From positions 80,290,001 through 80,354,000 of the forward strand of contig NC_135899.1 of NCBI RefSeq assembly GCF_964194155.1: DNA of 64,000 nucleotides. The letters run 5' to 3'. This document shows positions 27,276 to 39,534 of the stretch, piece after piece. The notes beneath the pieces were generated by a model. That model did not search any database. It was given only the letters and a program-made list of their open reading frames with translations, and was not told the origin of the DNA. How positions within the stretch are numbered: the first letter of the stretch is position 1; the number at the start of each line of letters is the position of its first letter. This DNA is from Cetorhinus maximus. Its lineage: Eukaryota. The position numbers were made by a program, and so were the translations under genes.

Positions 27276-27860
27276 TATGCATGTCTGGGGGTGTTGGGGG
27301 GTCTGGATGTCGAGGGGCTGGGGTAGGTTTGAAATGTTTATTGGGGGGGGGTCTGGAGGTCTGAGGGGGGTCCGGTGGAGGGAGTGGGGGGTCCGGAGAG
27401 GGGGTGATCTAGAATGGGGGGCTGGAGGGGTCTGGAAGATGGGGCATCTGGAGAGGGGGGTGGGGTGTTCCAGAGGTTGGGGGGGTCGTGGGGGCAGGGG
27501 CTTCACGGTTGGGGGTTGGGATCCGATGTTGGGGGGGTGAGGTTGGATTGGGGATGAGGTGGGGTTGTTGGAGGTTGAGATGGATGGGAGGAGCCCCATG
27601 GGGTTGGTATGGGTCTTTAGTTACCCAGAAGTTAGAAGAGGTTTTCATTCTTCTAAAGTTTTCTGGGTAACTATTGGTATAACCCCTGCGGAACCATCCG
27701 AAGTTTGCAATTTAAATCACAATTTCGAATGGTTCACAGCATAGTGCAATTGTCCAGAGAAAGTTAACACTTCTGGGCAATTGCTGTGCAAACACTTTCC
27801 TGGGAACTTGCCAGAGGGATTCCCTAGCGCATATTTAGTCCGACGCTGGGGAGTGCAGAT
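27276..27860. repeat. G-rich and palindrome-rich insertion at the end of the Gypsy RNase H
   Basis: Abrupt switch after IIHVAG to G-tract-rich sequence, then three hairpins at 27620-27671, 27691-27735 and 27739-27789. Confidence 0.65.
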
Positions 27861-28342
27861 GTTATGGACCGTTATGTTAGTGCATGCATCTGGTAATGTA
27901 ATAGACTGAGTATATAGATAAGTGTAGAAGATAGTTTAAGATGGGTTAATAAAAATGAAGCCGTCTTTTAGAATTATGACAGTTCATTTATTGTTAAGGA
28001 GTGGGATGTTAAGAAGATATAATAATGTCTATAATGTTATTGGAAATTATTTAAAAATAGAGTTCTAGTGCTGCCAGTGACTATGTGTGTGTATGTTTTG
28101 TGTGTCTTAATTGGATTAAAGCCAGTTGGTCCAGAGGCTTTTATGTATAGAAGAGAAGTAGGTTTGAAATGTTAATTAGGTAAACATAGGGAAGTTACAA
28201 GGTTAGGTGTAAAGTGCATTTTTAAATAAACTATTCAAAAGAATGGGTGAAATATTATACCTAGCCAGAAGAAGCCAAACAATGTGTTTACTTTTTCCAA
28301 AGCTTACTAGTAAAATTGGTATTATGAAGTTAGAAGAGCCTA

Positions 28343-28914
28343 GGGCAGCATTGTCCCCCCATTGGGGGGATTGTGCGGGAGTGGGTGTGGGTGGGCGGGT
28401 TCCCGATCGGCGCCCCTGATTGAGGGCGCGCTGCCATTTTACGTGGGTGGGCCAATTAAAGCCCTGTGCTCCCTGTGCGGGCGGGGAGATCAGGGAGATC
28501 AGTTGACGTTATAAAATTTTTTTAAAGGTTAGAAAAAATTTTCCTAACATGTCCCTTCATGTGACACTGTCACATGAGCTGGGATATGTCCATTAATTTT
28601 GTTTACAAATATTCCGAAAATTTTAAATCCCTCATGATCCTCATCCTGTCCGTAGATGAGATTTCATACTTTTTCGGAAGGCCACCCAGGTTCTTCGTCT
28701 GCCCGCCAGCCTTAAGATGGGCAGGTCCATTAATCATTTCAATTACATTTTTAATAGCCTTAATAGGCCGTTGACAGGTCGGCTGTGCGCCCTCCGAACT
28801 GAAAACCTAAATGATGCGGGGAGACATCAGGACACACGCCTGACATCACCCTGCATCATTTTACACATCGGCGAGCGGGCCCTGTCCCCACTCGCCGACC
28901 AGAAAAAGCTGCCC
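28343..28914. mobile_element. Harbinger-type MITE inserted in the 3' LTR
   Basis: Ends GGGCAGCATT / AAAGCTGCCC; TSD CTA (28340-28342, 28915-28917). Absent from the 5' LTR. Same family as 47099-47819. Confidence 0.9.
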
Positions 28915-29434
28915 CTAGTGATACAATGAGAATTTCCATTCAAAGAGGAGAATATGTATAAAGGAAGAGAAGGCTGTTGGTAAAAGCAGAGGGATTCTAA
29001 GATCTAAAGCCTCCAACCTGTAAGCCTCAAGCCACTGTCTGCAAGGATCTAAAGCTGAAAGAAACTCATTTTGAATTCGACTGTCCAGAGTGTGCTTTGC
29101 TAGGGGTCTGTTTAAATCTGCTTTTATCTCATTAAATCTATGTGTTTTACTGTTGCCTTAATGGAGGTGTAACAGAGTCAGGTTAATTAGGGGATTTCTT
29201 AGAGGTTATTATAGTAGTAATTTGTAGACATATGTATGTGCTTACAATCTTTTAATTAATAAATGTTTAATTTAGTTTCATAAAAACCTCTTGAGACTCG
29301 GTGGTCTTATTATAACTGAATTCAAAGCCTGCATCTCGAAACATATAAATTGCAAAAATTGGTGATGACAGTTGTTCCAAGTTTCCCTCTGGGATTTGAA
29401 CAACTCAGCATTTACCATTGGTTGTGTCATAATA

Positions 29435-30560
29435 GCTCATCACTCTTGATGTCCTCCTCATCGAAGGAGACGTACAGCTTCTCCATCTATCTATCTAGCA
29501 ATCACCCCACTTTGGAGCGCCAGGTCGTTTAGAGCACAAAAACGATGAAACTGCGGGATGCCCTCTGGTGACAGTACCAGAGGCCACCACCTGACTGGTT
29601 CAAACATCAGAAATGCATCTTCAGCATGCCAATGGTCTGCTCAATCAGGGACCGTGTCACAGAATGAGCCACATTGTACCTCTCCTCTGAAGCACTTTGT
29701 TGCCACCGAACGGGCATCATTTGGGGGCAGCCTTTGTCACCGATAAGCCAACCTTGAATGTGCTGAGGGGCCTTGAAGATCTGTGGCACCTGTGAGTGAC
29801 TCAAGATGTAAAAGTCATGCCAGTTCCCAGGGTATCTCGCACAGACCTCCATAAGCTGCTTTTGGTGGTCACAGATCATCTGCATGTTTTAAGAGTGGAA
29901 GCCTTTTCCTTGATGAATTGCTGCCAAGGAGCTCTTAATGTCACATGTGCCACATATGTGCAGTTGATGGCACCCTGCACCCGTGGGAAGCTGGAGATTG
30001 CTGCAAATCCCACTGCGCTGGCAGCCTGGCTGGTTTCATCCAGGGAGAACTGGACATAATTGTGTGCCTTACTGAATAGAGTGTCAGTGACTTCTCGGAT
30101 GTATTTATGAGTGTGAGGATTGTGAGAGGTCCCTAGTGAAGGTCTAGAGTGAGCCACTTGCAAAATAGTTGAGTGCGGCAGTCACCTTTAGAGCCACTGG
30201 CAATGGATGGCTTCCCAGGCCTTGTGGCATCAGATCCTGTTGAAGAATGTGGCAGATGTAAGCCACCAAATCCCTTGACAAGTGAAGGCAATGTCTTTCG
30301 CTCATCTGCAAGTACGACGGATGTCTTCAGTGCACCCTGAGTCACATCAAACACCTCCGTGGAATTGGTCTCTCCACCTCAGCTTCTGGATCTTGATGGG
30401 GCCCTGCCAGCCTACGTTCCTCAGGGTGAGGCTCTTCCCTTTGCCCTGCCTGATGGTGTTGGGCCCTTCTTCTCCTCAGTTGCATGAAAGCCATGGAAAA
30501 GGAAGTGTTGCCTGCTGCCTCCATTGTGTACTCTCCTTTTTCTCTGTTGAAAATTGAAGA
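29435..30560 (-). pseudogene. Harbinger DDE transposase (HARBI1-like), degenerate; its acidic tail continues left of 21680
   Basis: FAAISSFPRVQGAINCT, VCARYPGNWHDFYIL, GWLIGDKGCP, EERYNVAHSVTRSLIEQTIGMLK. Confidence 0.9.
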
Positions 30561-32574
30561 GAGACATGACTGAACGTAACCCTGCAATGATCACTTTCCA
30601 TCGCCAAGCTAGGAGTCACTGTGAAGCCCTTGGGCTGCCCTCATTCCAGGTATTCCATCCCCAGATCCTCCCTTGCAGCTGTAGCACAGCCTTAAGGATC
30701 ACTGGTAGCTGACTACTTCCCCCCTCCCCGCTCAATGCACCAGGCATGTCAGTGCATTCACAAAGGGAGTTGGATTTGGATGAGTACAGCCCCAGTCGGG
30801 GCACTGTCAGTTTGCCTCCTTTGGAATAGGCTAGAGCCCAACCTTGCACTAAGGTTGTGATCGTTGAGGTGTGTAAAGCCTGAACCTCTCAGCTGCAATG
30901 TGTAGAGATCTTTTGAGCTTTTCGCATATGCACTTTAGCTATTGCCCCTTTACACTTGGATCCTTCTAAGCCTTTGCGCATTCCTATGAGAGGGACAAAT
31001 GGTCATTCAAACCCAAACAACATTTGGCCCCAAGCCATAATGGATTCTCTCAACAATGTGCACCATGAGTTAAGGTGCCCAAATCCTTCAATTGGCAATT
31101 AAGTCTTCCTAACATGTCTCAGCTGAGTCTTGCTATCCATGCCCTGAAGCAGAAATTATCAGGGTGCCCTTTCAACTGGTCTAAAATGTAGTAGTTGACT
31201 CCTCCCACAAGCCCTCAGACCCCTCCCCGGCGATTTTTTTCCGAGATTATTTTTGAACTGTGCACACCATTGGCTGTCGAAATGGTGCTGCTCTGCTTCT
31301 AATATGAGATCAACTTCCAAACCCCCTAACACACCCACAGTGATCATCTAAGTCCCTCCTATCATTCTGGAAGAGCATCATGTGCAAGGTTCCCTCCCTC
31401 TGATCACTCTCCTGCTTCCTCTTCTAACACTGGAGCCCATTGTAATTCTTGTAGATATCCCTCTCCTCCCCCCGAACCGTTTTCTGTAGCAATCCCGATG
31501 CCCCATGTCAACCTCACCTCTCCCCATCTTGAGGCCCTAGTGACCTAACGAGGCCCACCCCAACACGAGACCATCGAGTGCCCCACTCTTAGTTACCTGT
31601 TCCCCATTTACAGGCTGCAGATGCCGTCCCTGACTGTGAGTGTGCCATCTGCCACCCAGTATCAAGCCACCAGCCCCAGGACCCAAATGGGTGAGGGACC
31701 GACCATGTCCTGCACGCATGACTGACACAGCATGAACGTGCCCACCCCCTCTCTGGACTGGGACCAGGACATGCATGCCAGGCACTGCCCTAGGACTGCC
31801 TTTGCTTTCTGGCCGAATACAAGTTGCGTACTGCCCCAGGACTGCCTCAAACTTATGCCCCCTCTCCCTTTCACCCCACCCCCAAACAGTCCACCCCTTC
31901 CCTTCAGTGCTCCAGACAACCCCATGCCCAGTCATGTGTCTCTGTCCACTCCTTCCCTCTCGGGCTCCAGGCAACTGCTCTCTCCCCAGCCACAGTCAAA
32001 CGTGTGCCTTCCAGCCCCTTCCCTTCCCACTGGTCTTGCCTGAGCAGCCTTGGCAAGGAGCAACCATGAGTGCAGGGCAGTGAGAAGTAGGTGATCGCTG
32101 TGCACAGAAACTTTGAAGTCGTGAGTGAAGTTCAGTTTGCCAGGTGCGTGGCCATTTGATTTGGAGTGGGGCATGATTCTGGTGAGCTGGGTTTTTAATG
32201 AGCATTCATGAGATGCAAAGTCATGCAAATCTGGTTCCTGACATGTCCAGGCCAAGCAACCCAACCCGTCATGAAAATCAAGAATGGAAAATTGCAACCT
32301 GTTTTTATGCCAGTGGGAAACTGACTTTTTGGCCGCATCCTGAATTTTTGGGTCTCATCTGCATGATGCCCGCTGCTGGCAAGACTGGAAAATCCCACCC
32401 ATAAAATAGTCACTAATAAATTTCAACAGGGAATTCAGGAGAAACTTTGTCACCCAAAAAGTGGTTAGAATGTGGAATTTTCTACTACATGTATGAATGA
32501 GGTGAATGGCATAGATACATTTAAGGGGAAGCTAAATAAACATATGAAGGAGATAGGAATAGAAATATATGCCA

Positions 32575-33500
32575 CCACTATCTTTGTATTATAGGACAAG
32601 CTTATAATGATATGTCTCATTTGGTCATCCATTCGATGGTCTCCTCAAATGCCGAGTGGAGGAGTGAAGTGCCTCCTGCAACATATCTTAGTTGGTAGGT
32701 TAACATGATGTGTTCCATGGCCTGGGACACATGGCCCTAATCACACTTTGTGTCGTCCCTCATTTTCCACCTAGGTGGCTGCATCCATCCACACCCTGAG
32801 CAGATTTGGTTGAGCACTGTCCAGTGTCTTCAGGGAGGTTGAAGCCAGATATCTCTACTCCTGGGTCAGTGATGAGTTGTTGGTTCACTATGCTTCATGC
32901 TTCCCACGACTCTGTTCATCTGAATGGTGAGTTGACACCAGCTGTATTAGTTGTAGTTTCCCAGAATAGGCTGGGCTATTTTAAGTGCTTCCTTGGTGGG
33001 TTTTTGGAATCTTTGCAAAGTTGACAATGCTCATAATGCTCTCACAGAGCATGATGTCATTGTAGAAAATTGCAGCTGTGGGTATATGAGACAGCACAAG
33101 GAAAAACTCAGCTGATGTGGACTTAAGCATCCCTCACACTGTTGTCATGATGGTGTTTGGCTGCACATCCACAATCTTGGTGTAGCAGCTGCAGGACCAT
33201 GAGGCAGAGCTGTATTCTGCAGAATACACTATTGCCGTGCAAAGTGTCCGGCTGTGCTCCCTCATGATATTCCCATGGGGTTCCAGACCTTGTTCATCCT
33301 GGTTTTTAATTATTGGCCAATGTTGATGAGTCGAGGCTGGTAAGTGAAAGTTCTGTACTGGGTAACACCCAGGCATTTGAGAGAGGGTCATGGGTAAGTC
33401 ACCTTCTGCAGAAGGAAATTAGATTTTTCGTGGTGGCCTTATTGCTCAGAAGCAATGGCAACATAACTGTCTTCTGTGGATTGGGTGGAGGTCAGGTCTA
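32575..33500 (-). mobile_element. Degenerate Ingi/Vingi-like LINE fragment inserted in a CR1 tail
   Basis: AIVYSAEYSSASWSCSCYTKIVDVQPNTIM resembles the post-RT motif L.YS.AEY..PVW.....DV.LN..MR. CR1 tail sequence on both sides (32401-32570 and 33540-33650). Confidence 0.5.
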
Positions 33501-35912
33501 GGTTGCTTGTGAGTGTTCTCCTCGCTTCCTCTAGCAATATGCTGATAGGCTTGGATGAGCTGGGGTGAGAGGAAGTTTATGTGGAGCATAAACAATGGTA
33601 GACCTGTTGGGCTGAATGGCCCATGCTCTAAATTCTACATAAATTCCTATGTGCCCATTTATAATAGCAACTGCCTATGTAAACTTGCCACATTGAAACA
33701 TCTTCTCCTACCAGAGGAAATGCTGCAATGCTCTCTCACCCAATGTCAGCTGAGGATTAAACTTGGTCTTGACTCCTTGGTTGCAAGGTGACAAGAAACT
33801 GAGTAGTAAATAAAACTGTTTGACATGGATCAGAGACCTGGTCGCACTTGGAGAAGGTGCGTGAGTGATGGGGTTGGATACTTACCCTGGGAAGAGGCTG
33901 GAATCGATGAGGAGGAGCATGTTAGTTTAATTCAGCATTTCAGTTAATAAATCTTCAGCTCTGATCAGTGAGCAGCAAATGAAATGAAAAGTGCATAGAG
34001 TTCAGTAGAGGCAAGAATGAATTGTGCAACTCTTAACTGTGGATGGTCGCTATACCTTCACTGATGCATCCTGATAACTGAGAGTAAAGGTGACTAACTG
34101 AAGTTTAGGATTGATTGGGATGTTCAGCCAAAAGTCCACAGGATAGATGGACCTAACCAGAAAGATAACGATCAATTCTCAGTTATTAATTCATTTGAAA
34201 TGGGTTAAAACTGTTGAACAGGATGAATGTTGTGGAAGGTGATGCAGGATGTACGGGTAAGGAGACATGGTTAGAGAAATAGGAATATAAAGAACAATTT
34301 CTTAGAGCATCCACAAATATCTTCAACCAGATCACTAATATTTCATTTTCATTTATTTGTCATTCAAAAATGCTTGTGGAAAATACCAAACCAGAAAGTT
34401 AAAGGGGTTAAACTAATACTAAATTATTAATTCCACAGAGATAAATATTACAACATTTAATATGAAGGCAGAGTTATCACAACAGCAAACAGGCTGGGGA
34501 CAAGGTGGGGAAGTGCGGGGGTGGGGGTCTCCAGATCTCTCTGGGCTCAAAATGGAGTCCCTCTGGGGTCTTCAGGCACCAGGTAGGGAGACAGGTGTTA
34601 TACTGAGAGCTTGGAGGCTCTGTAACCTTACCGGAGATGTGTCTGAAATGAGATCCACAACATCTTATGAAATCACTAAAAAAGTCACTTGGAGGGGGGT
34701 TTGTGGTCATAAAAAATCTACGAAGATCTCAACCAATGACAACAAAATGCAGGAATCTGTTCTGCAGCCACATGACAGGAGGATGTATAATACAACAATA
34801 ACTTACATTTAGATTTAACCTTTAACATAGCAAAACATCCCAAGGTGCTTCACAAGAGTGTAAATCAGACATAAATTAATATTGAGCCAAAGGAAGAGAT
34901 ATTAGAATAAAAGCTTGGTCAAAGAGTTGGCTTTTAATGAGTGATTTAAAGGAGGAAAGGTGAAGAGGTTTATTGATGGAACTTCAGAGCATAGGGCCTG
35001 GACAGCTGAAGACAGGGCTGCCAATGGCGAGGCATGGAAATTCAAGGATGCTGAAATGGGAGAATCGGAGGAACATAGGGAACTTGGAGGGTTGCTGAGC
35101 CGGAGAAGGTATCTATTATAAATAAGATGTTAAAAGTGACAGGAATCCAACAGAAGCTTTGATGGTACATTTGATCAACGGACATCAATTTTAATGGGAT
35201 AATTTCCAAGAACTCCTCAGTATCAACCAACATCACACATCAAGCCTGTTTGAAACTTTGAGCTTCACTATCCTATCTGGACAGGTTTAGGAAATAAAAG
35301 AATTTTATAGAATGGATGATAATTTCTATGTTAAAAAGATTATCATTTTTTAAAAACCTTTCAACGTAAGGATCTCTGACTGCAGGACAGGTCACTGCCA
35401 ATTTACCAATCAGAACTAAAGAAATAATTCCCAGTAAAAGTTTCCTTAGAGGATTTGAGGATAAGGAGACGGTGAGAAAGAGAACGATTCTGCATGATTG
35501 GAAAAGCTTTCACATAGCAACTGCTGATGGACACATGCCTATTACAGAGCTGATGGAAGCAAGATTGTCAGAGCCTGCATGGTCCTATTCCCTAGCCTAG
35601 GCCCTGTCTAATCCAGGCCCTGTCACAGAGACCTTACTAATAGAGAGGTATCAATATGTTACTAGATGGTACAGTCCAAATTGCTACCTTTTCAGCTTAA
35701 ACCCTGAAACTCATGTGTTTTTTGCTAACCCCAATAGTGCCAAACTGCTAAGCTCAAAACTCAAATTATCTCCCTGATACAGCCCCCATAGTCTCCCAGA
35801 TGAATTTGGTTCCCTATTTTGGGGGCCTGTGACCCACCCAGAATATCCTTGGAGGACAGGCTAGGTCACACCGACTATTGATTATTTTTTGGAGTAGCAC
35901 TTTGTGCTGTGA

Positions 35913-36052
35913 TTATTCCATAGAATCCATGTCGGGTCTGAGTGGTAATATGGAATCCACCCACTGCCCAGGTCCCGAAAGCATTCTTTGCCATGCAGAA
36001 ATCTCTTCCTCATTTGAATCCATCCAGTTGACAGGTTGGCCATAGCTGAGAC
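35913..36052 (-). CDS. SYTL1: SYTL1 last coding exon (C2B C-terminus and stop)
   Basis: tattctag|GT, then LSYGQPVNWMDSNEEEISAWQRMLSGPGQWVDSILPLRPDMDSME*. Phase matches the preceding exon. Confidence 0.93.
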
Positions 36053-38292
36053 CTAGAATAGGGGCAAAGATTATGTGTGAGCAGTGGGACTCAGCACTTG
36101 TCTTCATTAAGATTAACTACATGGAGCAAAACTATTATTAAATATTACACAAAATCTGGAACTGCTCCCCTCTTATTAGCACCAGATCTACAACAAAAAA
36201 AATTTGCAGTTATAAAACACAGTTAACATAGAAAATGCACAAGTACATTGATATTGTAACTATTTATTTTAGAATTGTGTCAAAACATCTGACATTTAAT
36301 GAATGGCTTTGAAATGTACAGGTATTCACCGTATATGTCAGGATCTTTAATGTGCCTCTGAACCCCAAGAGCTTGATGGCTAGTTCTGGTGTTAACAGCA
36401 GGAATTTTCCTGTGAGGTGCAATTCCCAGGACAGGAAAACCACTCGCCCAGTCTTACAAGCTCTGACTTCACCATCATGTCTGGACTTACACTGGCTTAA
36501 GTTTTTGGCATTGAAATGGCCTCTGATTGAAACTGCAACCTTTGATGATGATGCTTGGCCCTTTCTGCTGCGGCATTTAAAAAGCCAGGTATCATCATTG
36601 CATTGATCAATTTATTGTTGTTGAAATGCTGGTGAGATCTATTGTACGGCACATAGCCCTTCCATTCCCACTTTGCAGCACTGCCATCTCTATAATGGAC
36701 AAACAGTGGGCTCCAAGCAGAACTGGTCAGCACCAGTGGAAGGAGGTGGTTAAGGAAGTGATTGCAAACATAACTACTCCCTCTTGTCACTCTGCCAGAA
36801 AATGGCCTTCAGTCAGACAGAGTGAGAAGAGTCAGTCACATCTACACTGTGCGCCGCTTCACACAGTGCTAAATTGCTTACCATCAAGGACATGAGTTCA
36901 TGCCACAGAAGCACCTCATGGAATGTAACTGTTTCTTGCATTTCTATGGAATTGAAGTACAGATCAACACGATCTAACTGAATGATGGGACAGACTTGAG
37001 GGGCTAAATAGTCTTCTCCTATTCTATCTTCCTGTTTCAATCTTCCTATGTAAATGTCACCACACCTATTGTGGTTGCATGTTGACACCTGGGCCGGATT
37101 TTCAAAATGAAGTCAGGAACCCACACCTGGATATATTCCAGGTCCTGGCGCTGTGCATGAACTGCATCGTACTTGCTATGCTATTTTTGAATTCAAATGC
37201 TCTAATTGGGCAGGAGGCAAGCTTAGTGACCAATTAGTGGCATCAAACACTTCCAGAAGGCAAGAGCTCTCTGCCATGTTGGCGGTTGCCGCTGCCTTGC
37301 TGAAGGGAACAGGTAGCTTCTTAGAGGCCCAGCAGTATCAACAGGGATGGAAGTGGCCATTATAAGGGATTTCCTAAGGGACCTATGTGGTCAGAAATGC
37401 ATTTAAAATTTTTATTTTGGCAAGCCAGTCTGGTGCACATTAGTGCCCAGCTGTTGGGTTCATCGTGGGGACATTGAAAAGTTGCTTTTATCTTATGCAG
37501 GACTGAATTTTGATGGGCCGAGTAGCACTGGTTCAAGCACGATACCTGTATCTAGCCTGCACTGCCTATTTCCTCAAGCGAAACATCACCTGACTCTAGA
37601 CTTGGCTATTTTTGGCCGGCCTCTCATCTTCCACTCTCGGTAAAGATGGGGTAATCAAAAACCCAGCTGCCGAGATCCTAAGTTACACCAAGTCTCGTTC
37701 ATCCATCACCCCTGAGTTTGCTGGTCTACATTGGTTCCCGATTAATCAATGTTTTTACATCATTCCACGGTCTCTCCCCTCTCTATCTCTATGATGTCCT
37801 CCATCCCTTCACAATCCTCTAGATATCTGCGCTCCTCAAATTCTGACCTCCCAAGCATCCCCATTTTTAATTGTTTTACTGTTAGTGCCTTTAGCTGCCA
37901 GGGTTTCTGGAATTCCCTTCCTAAGCCTCTTTGCCTCTTCCTCTCTTTTAAAAAAACTCCTTAAAACCTACCTCTTTGTTGAATCTTTAAGTCATCTATG
38001 GGCTGTTGGGTTACTTACTGCCCTGTTAATTTGACACTACAGCTGCCACCATCTTGGTTGGAATACTTGCCTATTTCAACTGTGAGGCCACTCTTAATGT
38101 GCAAGTCAGAGTCTTATGATCTATGTAGGCTCCCAACTACAATTTTGAGGTACAAATGGACAGAGAGCAAGCAACTAACGCTTACACATTTGTAGTTCAG
38201 CATCTGAGACAGTGGTCCTTAGAGACAGTCCCCAAATACACCAAAGACAGTTTTAACTTTTCTTATGTTGAGCCAAGAGGAATGACTGTTAC

Positions 38293-38498
38293 CTGTTCCA
38301 AGACTGAGACGCAATCCTCCCAGGAACTGGTTGGAAAAGGTATCATGATCCCAGACAGTGATCTGTGCACAGGTCTCACTCATATCTTCTGTCTGAAAGC
38401 CATCATATACCATTGTGTGGTTATAGACAGGGTTCAAATCTTTCTTTATCACTCTGGTCTTTTGTCGGCTGGACTTAGTGACATCTGGGAGAATATAA
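38293..38498 (-). CDS. SYTL1: SYTL1 exon (C2B core)
   Basis: 206 bp; YILPDVTKSSRQKTRVIKKDLNPVYNHTMVYDGF...VWDHDTFSNQFLGGLRLSLGT; AG/GT boundaries in phase. Confidence 0.95.
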
Positions 38499-39279
38499 CT
38501 GACAACAACAATATAATGGTACAGGAGTTAGTCACACAACATCCAAAAAAGGCTATCAGTAGCACTCGCACAGTCATATTGTGTGTTGGCATGCTGCATA
38601 TTGCATACTGGTCCAGTCACACTGCATGTTGCCGCACCAGCCCAGTCGTACTGCATATTGGGATACCAGCCCAGAAGCAGTGCTTGTTGGGGCACCGCAT
38701 ATTGGCACAAAACTGCTTCATACAAGTATCTGTACTTCGGGGACATGCAGCATAATATTTGTCAGGATTCAGAATAAGCCCATGGACATTCTCAAAAGGC
38801 CATGGGACAGTCAGGGGAGCTGGAATGTTGGGGGACAGGCTGTCACAGCTTATCAATTGCTCAGGTCAGGGATCCAGTGGAAAGCGTAGCCTGAGTCCCT
38901 CCAGTGCCCCAGGAATTCAGCCCAGGTGGGAACAGGTGCACCAAAAAGCTAATTACTTTCTTCCATTTTCCCTGCTCCTTTATCAAGACAATCATCAGTT
39001 CCACAATTCCATCATTCCACAATAGCATTACCATCACTGAAACCCCCACTATCAACATCCTTGCGGGGGGGGTTACCATTGACTAGAAATTGAACTGGAT
39101 CAGCCATATAAATATCGTGGCTACAACAGCAGGTCAGGGAATTTTGGGAATCTTGAGGCTAGTGTGATGGAATACTCTCCATTTGCCTGGATGGGTGCAG
39201 CTCCAACAACACTCAGGAAGTTCAACACCACATCCCATGAAAGAGTAAAATAAACCCATGAAATGAAAGACTGCATTAC

Positions 39280-39379
39280 CATTTGACAAAGGAGTTGATG
39301 CCCTTGGATCGAATTGGGATGAGATTCCGTGCTTCCTTCAGCCAGATGTGCAGCTCTGCGGTGGGAGGCAGCCCCTGAT
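39280..39379 (-). CDS. SYTL1: SYTL1 exon (C2B N-terminal part)
   Basis: 100 bp; QGLPPTAELHIWLKEARNLIPIRSKGINSFVK; ctttag| and |gtaatg. Confidence 0.93.
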
Positions 39380-39534
39380 CTAAAGCAGGATATTGTAGCA
39401 TCAGGTACAACCTTACCTCAACCCAGATCAGCTCACCCCACCCCACCCTTCCAAATTCTGACTGACAGTTTCAACCCTTCCTGATCCCACTTCATGCAAG
39501 GAATAGTAATACAGCCCAAGGATTACAACAAACA

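Larger units (their letters stand above)
21681..29434 (+). mobile_element. Full-length degenerate Gmr1-like Ty3/Gypsy LTR retrotransposon
   Basis: 5' LTR 21681-22532 and 3' LTR 28007-29434. TSD GCTCA at 21676-21680 and 29435-29439. PBS TGGGGGCTC (tRNA-Pro-like) at ~22535; purine tract AAGGAGTGGGA at 27996-28006. Domain order gag-PR-INT-RT-RH. Confidence 0.95.
18047..32400. mobile_element. PIF/Harbinger DNA transposon (degenerate), interrupted by a Gypsy element
   Basis: TIRs GGGTGGAATTTT (18047) and AAAATCCCACCC (32389-32400). Convergent Myb/SANT-like gene (+) and HARBI1-like transposase (-). Flanking 3-mers differ (CTC vs ATA). Confidence 0.8.

Noticed and set aside
27159-27670. Pro-rich and Gly-rich ORFs
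   Set aside because: Translations of the G-rich insert with no domain signal.
29435-30560. Domesticated HARBI1 host gene (with NAIF1-like partner)
   Set aside because: Frameshifts, an LTR insertion and surrounding TIRs indicate a dead transposon.
31400-32100. Overlapping 80-145 aa ORFs
   Set aside because: C-rich interior of the Harbinger element; no domain similarity recognised.
38156-38755. 199-aa plus-strand ORF
   Set aside because: Antisense shadow of a SYTL1 exon plus intron; no recognisable motifs.
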